Assembly: GCF_004010195.1 (NCBI RefSeq)
Contig: NC_057758.1
Span: 4,064,962 to 4,128,961, forward strand
Reading direction: 5' to 3'
DNA length: 64,000 bases
DNA from: Chiloscyllium plagiosum
Taxonomy: Eukaryota
The translations under genes and the position numbers were made by a program. Of the stretch, positions 39,778-51,534 are shown piece after piece. Every line of letters starts with the position of its first letter. Position 1 is the first letter of the stretch. Below the pieces are notes generated by a model. That model searched no databases and had not been told where the DNA came from. It worked only from the letters and a program-made list of their open reading frames with translations.

Positions 39778-42700
39778 TTTACCTCGCTCATTAACAACCT
39801 TGCCCTCTTCTCCTCACTTACTCCTTATTGCTCAGATATTACCGTCTATCTTTGTTTCACGTTCTCTTTTTTTACGACTTGTCTCTTTGCCCCTTCCTCC
39901 CATTATCTCCGAGGTCACCTCTCCCTGGGTCTTCCTTCTTCCCACAAGGTTAAAATATTTCTGGTATTGGATCATTGCCAGATTGGTAAAACTTTTCTGC
40001 TGAAGTGAAACTGAGTTACGACCAGTCGCCATCGAATATGAAACACAACAACAAAGTTGCAATGAATGAGCAGTCCCTGATAACCTAGCAGCTCTTTACC
40101 TATCTGGAGACAGTGGAGAAAAGTCCTTAACCGACGACTGTTCAAATATCACTCGTTGTCGAAAGTAAAAATGTTGAAATGTTTAGATCTTATTTAAGAA
40201 TTATGTATAATTTCGCTGTCCACATCTATTGGGGATGTAGCATTAGAAGTAGACTGATACAAGCATCACTTTCAGGCAAAAGTTCGTTGTTCATTCCTAA
40301 TGACTAGCCTTGGTCATTAGCCTTAACTTCATGGCAGATTTAGTTCAAACTTTCACAAATTATAGGAGGTAACATTAACTGGCTTTCACAGCAAGACAGT
40401 ACCGAAATGATTTTATAATCCAGGACACAAAGCCAATCTAGAGTGAAGGGACTGTGAGGGACGAACGTCCTTGAGTTAGAGTCATGCTTAGATCTAATAA
40501 CGATGCTAATGGCTCTTGGAAGCTATTGTTGCAGTCTCAGGATATCGAAGCTTAATTTCCTCTGGAACATATACCAATGATGAGGTGCAATACATGAGTT
40601 CAGAAACAACGGACACATCTAAAAAATAAGGGGCCACCATGATGTAGCTTTCCTGATGAAATAGCAATGTGGCAGAGAGAGCATGCAATAGTCATAGCTC
40701 TGTGATCCGACAACCAAGGAGTCAGATAAAACTTCCGAAGCCTGACTGTCCGTTGTGGTGGTGTTCAGGTTAATATAAAGTAAAAAGGAAGAGCTTCAAC
40801 GACTCTCCCCATCATAAATGATAAAGGAGCCCTGTCTGTTATGATAAAGATGAGGCTGAAGCATTCCAAAGACGTCCTCATATAGGAACATTATTCGGAT
40901 GATCCATTGCACCTCATGAACAGAATAAATTAGTAAATACTCTCTGATAAATCTAGATTGAGATTATGCATTTTTGTATGTTTAGACAACTAGTTGCCCG
41001 ACAAATCGCTGCACATCATTTCCCTTCATTTTATATATTAAACGAAAGGTAGTTTGAAAGACAATGGTTAAGCTTCAGTGTCATTTTCAGCGACAGCTCA
41101 TTCCTTGCAAATTTGTTCACGTGTCTCAGATTCGAAACTAAATGTTTGGAGAGGAGAAGGTGTAGAATTAGATTAGTATTGAGAGAAACAGAAATGGGAG
41201 AAAAGGAGAGAATGGCTGAGATGGACGTAATTCTTAAAGAAGGGGTGAGAATGAGAATCAATGAAACAAAGTATCATCCATTTTCGAAAAGGCTATTTAG
41301 TTTATCAAGTCTTTGCTTCCAAACCTATGGAGACACATAGAAGGACACAGTAAGTCAGAGTAAACGAGAAAGATCGTCGGAATTACGCTAAAAGAAAAAC
41401 TTTCCACTTCATCTATTCCATTCAGAGGGTGTTCCACGTTCTATGCAATCTGCGAGTTCAAAGCGAATGTTGCCAGTTTTTGAAGTCCCTGTACAAAATG
41501 CCCAACTCTCTCTCTTCCCCTCTTTCTCTGCACCCCACCCACCCCAACCTTCTCCTTCACGATAGGGATTTATAGAGAAGACATGGGGCAAATTCCTCCT
41601 CTCCTGCGTTACGCTAGGGCTCGGTGTACATTCACGTCAGCTATTTGGCACCTTGTGCTATTTAGTGTTGTGGTCAACATCGTTCAAATTTACTTCAGAA
41701 CCTAAGGAACAGTTCCATGCCTGGGTGTCAATGAGACATTGTGGACCATGAGCAGGTTAATTGAGAACGGTAATGATTCAATAGTAGAATCTATGCAAGC
41801 TGAAGTGCAGGAGTAAGGTGCATGACTTAAACAGTTTGCATGAGTCTAAGCTTTGTCACACACACGTATTAAATTGAAGAACACCACACCAGTGTTTTTA
41901 TACTTTATAAAACTGGGCAGTGGAGGATGTTCCTCATATTTCCACGTTCCTAAACACTGGGTGATGCCAGACCGTTAGGAATAAAGAAAGTGCTGAATGA
42001 TTTCTGAATGCATGTTCTATCAGAAGTGTTTCCACGATCAGCCTCTTGCTCCCATACGCTATCTCTCCATCCCCGATGACGGAGGCAAGGAAAATTGTGA
42101 TGAAAGTAGATAGGAGCTTGCAGGCTATGCTGGCAGAGTCACCTCCGGGAAGTATGAAAAAGTTTGAAGTGAGATAACTAGATTTTACAGAGCATATGTT
42201 TCCGTGAAAGGAAAATGCAGGATTGACAGCAATAGGGAACCCAGCATGACGAGATATTGAGGCTTTTTACTAGAGAAAAGAACAAATTTTGGCACAGCTA
42301 TGGGCAGCTGGATTAAGGGAACACCAGAGATTTTGCATGTGCAGAATTATATTTGCAGATAAACATTGTTTTGCACAAAAAATGAATAACTTGTAGAGAG
42401 TCAATGAAGGCAATCATTATGATATTTCATAAATTCTGCTTTGGAAATAAACCCAGTCTGTCTCAAATTGGGTACAGACAGATTCTGACCTCTCTGCTTC
42501 AGTGCATTGTCTGAGCTTAGATGATGCCTTCTTCTATACATCCTTCAGTTATGTTGACAATGGGAATTAAAAGAAGTTCTGGAATTTACATATTAAGACC
42601 TGCAACCCTTTTTAAAAGATGAAAGACATAACAGCAATCTATGTTCGTTAAATATATCATTTTACTTGCATGTCACTAAATATTTGCGATAAACTCTTTG

Positions 42701-42842
42701 CTTTATGTTCATGATTCACAGCCACCAGAATAAGGAGCAGTGCTCCAAAATGTCGCGCTTCAAAATAACAACGTTGGGCTGTATCCTGGTGTTGTGCGAT
42801 TTTTAATTTGGCTTCCCTGAATAACAACTAAGTTTCTCTTGT

Positions 42843-43063
42843 AGAGAAAGTAAGGGCTGCAGATGCTGGAGATCAGAGCTGAAAATGTGTTGCTGGAAAA
42901 GCGCAGCAAGTCAGGCAGCATCCAAGGAACAGGAGAATCGACGTTTCGGGCATAAGCCCTTCTTCAGGAATCAGCTGAAGAAGGGCTTATGCCCGAAACC
43001 GTGATTCTCCTGATGCTTGAATGCTGCCTGACCTGCTGGGCTTTTCCATCAACACATTTTCAG
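42843..43063. mobile_element. 221-bp palindromic PLE-derived mini-element with 15-bp TSD, present only in duplication copy 2
   Basis: Flanked by CTAAGTTTCTCTTGT (42828-42842) and CTAAGTTTCCCTTGT (43064-43078). The empty site in copy 1 is at 33137-33151. The arms are inverted around about 42970. Confidence 0.93.
42938..42968 (-). ncRNA. Minimal hammerhead ribozyme motif
   Basis: Reverse complement reads CCTGAAGAAGGGCTTATGCCCGAAACGTCGA: CUGAAGA core, stem II GGGC-UUAU-GCCC, then GAAAC-GUC. Confidence 0.72.
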
Positions 43064-43309
43064 CTAAGTTTCCCTTGTGCCAGGTGACGCTCGAACAAGC
43101 GGATTGTACATCTGTCACTCCACCCACTCTATTCCCATTGAATTTGGATCAGCAATGGCTCATTGATGCCACTCTAGGTCAAATCCAACGTTGATCATAA
43201 GGGCAGTCACTCTCTCCTCACCTATTAAATTCATTTCTTTTATCTCGTGTTTACATTGACTCATGGCATATTTGGTGAAGTTGGCAGTGCAGGATTTGTT
43301 GCCTGTCCC

Positions 43310-43519
43310 AGCTGCCTTTTCACAAGATGGTGGTGAGACATCTTATTGAACCATTGCAATAAATTGTGGGGGAATTGATCAATGTCTGTGCATGGTGATT
43401 GGAACTCCAAACAAAGCTGCCTTTTCACAAGATGGTGGTGAGACATCTTTTTGAACCATTGCAATAAATTGTGGGCGAATTGATCAATGTCTGTGCATGG
43501 TGATTGGAACTCCAAACAA
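43310..43519. repeat. 105-bp direct tandem duplication private to duplication copy 2
   Basis: agctgccttttcacaagatgg...ggaactccaaacaa occurs at 43310-43414 and 43415-43519. It occurs once in copy 1 (about 33377-33481). Confidence 0.9.
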
Positions 43520-43949
43520 CCTACTACTTCGAGTTCAGAGATATCCCATCTCTTACGACTTTGTTCAGGAAAATCAGACTGGATAGTGCATTGAGGCAAG
43601 TATTCGAGGCAAATATTGAGACATCCAAAATGGCTTAAAATCAGAAATATTTAACATTCTGTAACGCCAGGAGAGAAAGAGAAGGAAAGAGAGAATGAGG
43701 GAAAGCTGGATAGAAATGGAAGGATGAGTGAGAAATTGAAAATATTTGGGGAATAGAACTGAAAGAGACAGTGATCCATGCCTGTTTACCTGTTTAACTC
43801 CAGCCGTGGCTTTATCCTGTCCTAATGGGAGGTTACACACACCAGAAGCGACTGATTCGTTTTACCCAGCCGGGAAAGGATTTGGCCGTGGGAGTTCTCA
43901 ATGTTGAAGACAGACTTTGCAATGGCTCATTAAATGAGGCATGACACAG

Positions 43950-44301
43950 GAAAGCATCCTGCTACTGGCTCTCCCACAGCACCCGCTGTTATCTGACATA
44001 TCTGTCATTTCTGCAAGATAAACCCCACTCGGAGGATGCTCTGAGGAGACCAAATGATACAGAATAGATTCTTGCCTGTCGAATAGACGGTCAAAATCGA
44101 GGGCGTCGTAGGTAAGAAAGGAACTCATCACAACTGAACTGGTTGATCACGTGTTATGAGATCACATCTCATGTGGTGAAATACCGAGAAGGAAACATCC
44201 ACTTGGTCTTAGTCCCATCGACGTCCCCGTCACAGATACACATGTATCGATCGCATTAAAGGTGAGGAGAGGTCACACTGTTGGTAGTTTTCTATAGGCC
44301 T
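43950..44301 (-). pseudogene. Possible decayed Ig/TCR C1-set exon (paralog at about 33900-34245)
   Basis: Phase-1 acceptor (intact ctttgcag in copy 1), then KLPTV*PLL...GCFLLGISP...T*(W?)...SSFLTY...VY(x)C-like sequence over about 100 codons. Similarity is by eye only. Confidence 0.3.
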
Positions 44302-45249
44302 CCGCAAAGTCACAGAAATGTAGAGAAAAGGATTTCGAAGATTATTCTAGATAGGAACGAAAGTAACAAGGTACTTGTAAGACTTTAATATCTGAATATT
44401 GATCGGAAACACGTGAGTAGGAGTACATTAGTTTTGTCAGCTTTTGTCCAATGTGTGCAGGAGGGTTTCCCGACTCAGGAGGTACATGGGCCAACAAGAG
44501 CTGAGGCCACAATGCATTTAATACTTGGTACTGAACCATAACAGTTGTTAGATTTGGTGGCAGTTGAGCACTTTGTTGATAGTATTCAAGTTTGGTAACG
44601 TTTACTTTTGCGATGGCAAGGGACTAGTACATACTGCAGGGCAAGAGGTATGGTGGGGGTAAAGGCATTATGATGCGATGTGGCAAGACTTAGGATGCCT
44701 GGGATGTGAATGGAAACTGCAGGCGATGTGCACAATTTAAATACGTACCTGTCAGGCAGGGAGAACGAACTTTACTAAATAAGTTGACCCTCTCGTCAAT
44801 ACGAAGAATGAGGGTTTTGCAAGGATAAAACGAGAAGGCTTACTTGAGCGCTTGAGAGGTACAAGATTTCCAGGAGGGGCATACAGTGAGAGCTCCGACG
44901 AGCCAGGAGGAAACATGAGAACTATTTGGCGGGTTGGATCAACGAATGCCCTGTAGATTTCGAATGGTATGTCGAGAATAAAAATAAATTACTTGATTAA
45001 GTGTGAAGGATCGTCAAGGTGAAAATACTTCACTTCATGGTGTCTCTCCAAGTCATATACCTTTGCGTTCTCAGACACGTGAATAAAACCCGGTGATACG
45101 TACGAGAACTGATTATCGTTATTTTGTTTCCCATTCAGACCAGTGGCATAACACAGTGAAATGAAAGAAGTAGGCGATCATAAACTGGGCAAGGTACATT
45201 TAACGCCTTCTCACTGCAGAAGCTTCGTTGCTGTGCAGACATTTGATTT

Positions 45250-46060
45250 GTCCACAGCTGGAGGATTGTATACAGTTCTGGTTGGTACACAGCATTAAGT
45301 ATGTGGAGGTTTTGTCGAGGTTGTAAAATTTGTTTCGCAGGTCATTGCGTGAATCGGATCAAATTAGTTACAAAGAGAGATTGAGCAATCGTGGATTGTA
45401 TCTGTGAGAGAATTGCAGGCTGCTGAATGAATTGATGGAGGTATTTGAAATGTTAAAAGGCGTGAATGAGGCACAGTCATTCCCCAGGGCCAAATACCAG
45501 TGGGTAAAGGTTTAAAGTAAGAAAGGAAAGTTTAAATGAACTGTGCGATGGAACATTTTGCACAAAAGGTAGTAAGTGTCTGAAATACACTGCAATGAGC
45601 GGTGACTGAATTCGATACGCTGGCAAATTTGAAGATTTGCTTTTACAGGCTTGAGCAGGCAGCAATCAAACGGAATATTTGAAGGGAGAGTGGATATGCT
45701 CGGGTTGTTTTCATTAAAATAAAGATGGTAGCGGAAAAACCAACATGACGTGTATACGTTTATGAGAGCAGGAAATAGTGAACAGATAGGAACTGCTCAC
45801 TTCAATTGTCGAGTCAATTAAAAGGGGGTATAATTGAAATCGAAAGATAGATGAATTGAAGAGACGTTGAGGAGAAACATTTTCTAGCAGGCCGTGGTGT
45901 GGGGACTGGAATGCACGACCTGGGAAAGTAACTGAGACAAACAACCTTACACTTAAAGTATGCAAAAACTCAAGGAGTGTTGGTCTAATGTAGATTTCGA
46001 TGAGCAATTCGTGATGTCTACTTCAAAGGCCAAAAGGACTCTCATAGACTGTCTGGTGCT
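45250..46060 (+). mobile_element. Decayed CR1 3' fragments
   Basis: ttagttacaaagagagattgagcaatcgtggattg..., gggtaaaggtttaaagtaagaaagg..., and ggactggaatgcacgacctggg. Confidence 0.55.
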
Positions 46061-48180
46061 ATGATTATGTGCTGGAAAAGACATTGTAGCCAATGTCACT
46101 GATGCATTCTGCACTCTTCTGTTGGGGTGCTCGACACAGTGCGCAATTTGTGCATCGGATCGAGAATCTCCGTAATTACACGGTCAGGGCTCCATAATCG
46201 AAAAGGAACATGAACGCCAATGGATTGGAGCAGCAGACAAAACGAACTCTGCTTGTTGGCCGACAACCAAGAAAAATCTGACTGCATCAATTCATATCTG
46301 CATTGTTGTTATGCAACAGGAAAGACAAACAACAGAAAATGGAAATTGGAATAACAACGATTTGAAAACACGAGTGGCATAACATGCCTCACAACTTAAC
46401 AAAGATCCATTCCGATTTGCTGCAACATCCCAGAAACACACTCCTTAACAGAAAACTTTACTGCAATCACAAGTTCTTCCAGGAGAGATAGAATAGACGT
46501 GTGTTGTATCCGATCCCATTTATTCCTCTCATCATTAATACGTCACAATCATGTCCCATTTCAGTATCCTCGGTTCTGACGAAAATAACTTCAATCTGTA
46601 CAATCTATCCTCGTAACTGACACCTTTCAGCCCCGGAAATATGCTGGTCATTCTCCTCTGCACCCACCACACACTAATGCCATCACATCCCAACGTGAGT
46701 ATGGATTCACAAATATTCACAATATTCCTGCTGTGGTCTAACGAATCTTTGATATATTTCCAGAAGAACAGTTCTCAGCAGCACTACGATTAATCACTGG
46801 AACAATACAAAAACAGCCGTGCAGGAGGTCAGCGCTTGGAGACCGGGTTCTGTTACAGCCTGTGAGTCGCTGAGGGATGGAGCTTACTCCTGAATTCATC
46901 AATACATTTTAAGCCCAGTTCCCCATGTTGCTTATGTTCGGATGACGAGGATGATCCGAAGTAACATGTCTTACGAGGAGAGGTTGAGTACATTAGGCTT
47001 GCATTTATTGAGGAAAAGAATAAGGGCGAAGTTGTTTTTTTTTTGACAAACAGAGGAATCTTCGAGATTTGTCTTTGAAAGGAAGGGAATGTTGGGTAAT
47101 GTGGAAAAGACACAATAGTGGAGTTAGAAATCATCAGGTCAACCATGATCTAACGAAATGGCGAAGCAGTCTCTATTCGCGCTTGATCTATGACGAGAAC
47201 ATTATCTTTAAGATAGGGAGGACGGAACAAGTCACTACTCCGGGTGCGTTCTCACCAGAGCCCTGCAAAATCTCAGTGAGCCACCCCGACTTCTAAGCTC
47301 CACTCCTGTTGCAATTAAGGCCAAAATAACATTTGCCCTCTTCATGGACGATTGCATAGCAGGCAATGAAGGATTTGCTTGATCTGAGTGAGGGTGCAGA
47401 TTTGAAACAGACTGAGAAAGAGCTTCAGACCGGATGGCGACTGTTTTCGATTCAGAAATAAATATTGAAGAAAACAACAGCAATTTATAATAATTGTTTA
47501 AGCATTGGAAGGCAAATGGTGGAGATTTAATCTGAAGGTCACTACACCTCAGACAACATGAGAGCTTGGGACTATGTGGACTCTATGATACTAATGACTT
47601 GGAGCAAATTACTTTACGTCCTGTCGCCTAAATTGCAGATAACGACAGATGGAAAGGAAGTTGTAAGAGTGTATCAAATATTTGGCAGAGAAATGTTGAT
47701 AGATTGTGTCAACGGGAAAAAATTGCAAATGATGTATAATTTGGAAAGACATGAAATTGTTCACTTTGGAAGGGAGAACAAAATAATAAAATATCGTTTC
47801 AATGGAGAAAGCTGCAATATAAAGGAAATTCGGAAAATTTGGTGTTCATAACACAGAATGCTACCTCAAAGCAACAGAAGTTAATCAGTAATTTTAATGG
47901 AATTTGAATAGAAGCCGATGTGGTATCAGAATGTTGGACATACATGTAATGCCGAATGAGTGCTCTCATTGCTTTAATAGGGGAACACATGGCAGCCAAG
48001 TTGCACATAGTGAGCTCCCATTGTTAGCAACAAGGTAACGGCTTGTTCAATTAAGATGCAAGATCACAGGAGTAAATCTCGAGGTCTCCATCGAAAAAAT
48101 GCTTGAGGCTGATGGAGAACCAGTCACCGGTCGAATATACACCGATGTAAACTGGGGGGAGGCTGAGTTGAAGAGTCAGG

Positions 48181-51100
48181 TGGTTACAAACAATGAGTGC
48201 AGAAGCTGGAAACCAGAATCTAGATTAGAAAGGTGCTGGAAAAGCACAGCAGTTCAGGCTGTATGCAAGAAACAATAAAATCGAAGTTTCGGGCAAAAGC
48301 CCTTCATCAGGAATACAGGCAGAGAGCCTGGAGGGTGGAGAGATGAATGAGAGGAGGGTGGCAGTGGGGAGAAAGAAGCATAGATTACAAAAGGTGAGTG
48401 GGGGAGGGGATGAAGGTGAGGTTGAGTGGATAGTAGGAAAAGAAGATAGGCATGTCTGACAAGTCATGGGGACAGTGCAAAGCTGGAAGATTGGAACTGG
48501 GGTGAAGTGGGGGGAAGGGGAAATGAGGAAACTATTGAAGTCCACATTGATGCCTTGGGGTTGAAGGGTTCCGAAGTAGAAGATGAGGCGTTTTTCCTCC
48601 CGGCGTAAGGTGGTGAGAGAGCGGCGGTGAAAGAGGGCCACGACCTTCAATGTCCTCGGCAGAGTGGGAGGCAAAGTTGAAATGTTGGGCCACAGAGCGG
48701 TGTGGTTTATTGGTACGGGTGTCCCACAGATTTCCTTTAAATCACACAACTAGTAGGCGTCCAGTCTCCCCAATGGAGAAGAGACCGCATCGGGAGCAAA
48801 GGATACAATAAATGGTATTGGTGGATGTGCCGGTAAGACTTTGATGGATGTGGAAGGATCCTTTATGGACTTGGATGGAGGGGGTGTGGACGCAGTTTTT
48901 GCAATTCCTGCAGTGGCAGGGGAAGGTGCCACATTGGAGCGTGAGTTGTAGGGGGGCGTGAACCTGACCAGGTAGCCATGGAGGGAACGGTCTTTGCGGA
49001 ATGTGGAAAAGGGTGGAGAGGGAAATATATTCCTGGTCGTGGGGTCCGTTTGGATGAGGCGGAAATGTCGGTGGATGATTTGGATTGTGAGAAGGTTGGT
49101 AGGGTGGAATGTGAGCACCGGGGGCGTTCTGTGCTTGTTACGGTTGGAGGGGTGGTGTCTGAGGGCAGAGGTGCGGGATGTGGACGAGATGCGTTGGAGC
49201 GCATCTTTAATCACGTGGGAAGGGAAATTGTGGTCTCTAAAGAAGGAGGCCATCTGGTGTGTTTTGTGGTGCAAATGGTCCTCCTGGGAGCAGAAACGGC
49301 GGAGGTGCAGCAATTGGAAATACGGGATGGCATTTTGCAGGAGGTAGGGTGAGGAGAGGTGTAATCCAGGTAGCTGTGGGAGTTGGTGGGTTGGCAAAAA
49401 ATGTTGGTGTCAAGTCGTTCGTCATTAATGGAGATGGAGAGATCCAGAAAGGGGAGGGAGGTGTCCAAGATGGTCCAAGTAATGTTATGGTCATGGTGGA
49501 ATGAGTTATTGAAGTTGAGGAATTGCTGAACCTCCTCGCGGGAGCACGAGCTGGCGCCAATGCAGTCGTCAATGTGGCGGAGGAAGGGCTGAGGAGTGTT
49601 GCCGTTGTAATTACGGAGGATGCACTGTTCTACGTAGCCAACAAAGACGCAGGCATAGCTGGGGCCCATACGGGTCCCCATGGTCGGCAGGAAGTGGGAG
49701 GATTCGAACGAGAAATTGTTAAGGGTGAGGACCAGTTCTGCCAGTCGAATAAAAGTGTCGGTGGAAGGGTACTATTGCGGACGTCGGGAGACGAAGAAAC
49801 GTAGTGTTTGGAGGCCCTGGTCATGGCGGATGGAGGTTTAGAGGGATTGGATATCCATGGTGAAGATAAGGCGTTGCGGGCCGCGAAAACGGATGTCTTG
49901 GAGGAGGTGGAGGGCGCGGGTGGTGTCTCGAAAGTATGTGGGGTGTTCCTGGACTAGGCAGGAGCATGCTGAGACAATGAGTCGGCCAGGGTGGTCAGGC
50001 TTGTGGAACTTGGGAAGGAGGAAGAACCAGGCAGTGCGATGTTCCCGGATTATGAGGTTGGAAACTGTAGGTGGGAGATCTCCTGAGGCGATGAGGTTCT
50101 GTATGGTCTGGGAGATGATGGTTTGGTTATTGGGGGTGGGGTCATGGTCAAGGGAGAGGTAGGAAGAGGTGTCCTCGAGTTGACATTTGACTTCAGCGGT
50201 GTAAAGGTCAGTGCACCAGACTACCACTGTACCCCCTTTATCTGCTGGCTTGATGGTGAGGTCGGGATTGGAGCAGAGGGATTGGAGAGCTGCGCGCTGT
50301 GAGGGCGAGATGTTGGATTGGGGGAGGGGGTAGAGAGGTTAAGGCGTTTAATGACCAGATCAGGCAGCATCCGAGGAACAGGAAAATCGACGTTTCGGGC
50401 AAAAGCCCTTCATCAGGAAAGTAAGCTCGGAGGCGTAGTTGTGGAGCTGGGGGGAGGGGATGGAGACTGTAACTGGAGTGGGTGTGGTGTTAGGGGAATT
50501 GGGGTGGAGTCATGAGCAAGGGTGGTATTCCGCTCAGGGTTCTGGGGGCAGGGATTGTGACAGTGGGAACTGGGGGGGTGGGGGTGTCAGCAGAATTCAG
50601 GTGAGTGGCGTTGGTGGCGGCGGAAGTGGTGGCAAACACGGCGGCAGTATGGAGGTGGCAGTCACTGAGCGTGTGACATCAGCGATGATGTGAGGGGCGC
50701 AACGAACCACCCTCCCATCCTGGCACCTTCCCCTGCCACCGCAGGAATTGCAAAACCTGTGCCCACACCTCTTCCCTCACCTCCATCCAAGTCCCTAAAG
50801 GAGTCTTCCACATCCATCAACGTTTACCTGCACATCCACCAACATCATTTATTTTATCCATTGCTCCCTATGGGGTCCCCTCTCCACTGGGGAGACTGGA
50901 CGCCGCCTATAAGAGCACTTTAGGGAATATCTCTGCAACACCCGCACCAACAACCACACCGTGTTGTGGCCCAACATTTCAACTCTCTCTCCCACTCTGC
51001 CGTGGACATGGACGTCGTGGGCCTCCTTCACCGCCGCTCCCTCACCACCGGACGCCTGGAGGAAGAACGCCTCGTCTTCCACCTCGGAATACTTCAACCC

Positions 51101-51460
51101 CAAGGTATCAATGTGGACTTCAACATTTACTCATTTTCCATTCCCCCACCTCACCCCAGTTCCAAACTTCCAGCTCAGTACTGTCCCCATGACTTGTCCT
51201 ACCTGCCTCTCTTCTTTTCCTACTATCCACTCCAGCCACCTCCCCTCTGACCTATCACCTTCATCCGCTCCCCCACTCACCTATGTTACTCTATGCTACT
51301 TTCTGCCCACCCACACCCTTTTCTCATTTATCTCTCCGCTCTTCAGGCTCTCTGCCAGTATTCCTGTTGAAAGGCTTTAGCCCGAAACGTCAATTTCATT
51401 CCTCCTCGGATACTGCTTGAAATGCTGTGCGTTTCCAGAACCAATCTAATCTAGACTATA
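48181..51460. mobile_element. Penelope-like retroelement (Neptune type), internally inverted; decayed
   Basis: Minus arm encodes LPKFHKPDHPGRLIVSACS, IFTMDIQSL, MGTRMGPSYAC..FLRHIDDCIG, SHSYLDYTS.HP, AIPYFQLLHLRRFCS and an endonuclease region. Plus arm about 50700-51455 repeats the 3' end. Degenerate TSD: AGTTGAAGAGTCAGG (48166-48180) versus AGTTGGAGAATCAGG (51461-51475). Confidence 0.88.
50387..50419 (-). ncRNA. Minimal hammerhead ribozyme motif with canonical CUGAUGA core, internal to the Neptune-type PLE
   Basis: Reverse complement reads TTCCTGATGAAGGGCTTTTGCCCGAAACGTCGA. Confidence 0.75.
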
Positions 51461-51534
51461 AGTTGGAGAATCAGGAATATTGCTCACACGCTTGGTTAAC
51501 TGTGATCTGCTATGCCAAGGAAATTTTGAATTTA

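Larger units (their letters stand above)
35022..44577 (+). repeat. Tandem segmental duplication, copy 2
   Basis: Same sequence as copy 1 with private indels: a deletion of about 180 bp near 38826, a 221-bp insertion at 42843-43063, and a 105-bp tandem duplication at 43310-43519. Confidence 0.95.

Noticed and set aside
46096..46340. Possible V-like segment upstream of the minus-strand J candidates
   Set aside because: Lacks a convincing B-strand Cys and YxC motif. The CACAGTG near 46135 has no nonamer at 12 or 23 nt.
46775..46816. ACAAAAACA nonamer-like motif
   Set aside because: No heptamer at a 12- or 23-nt spacing.
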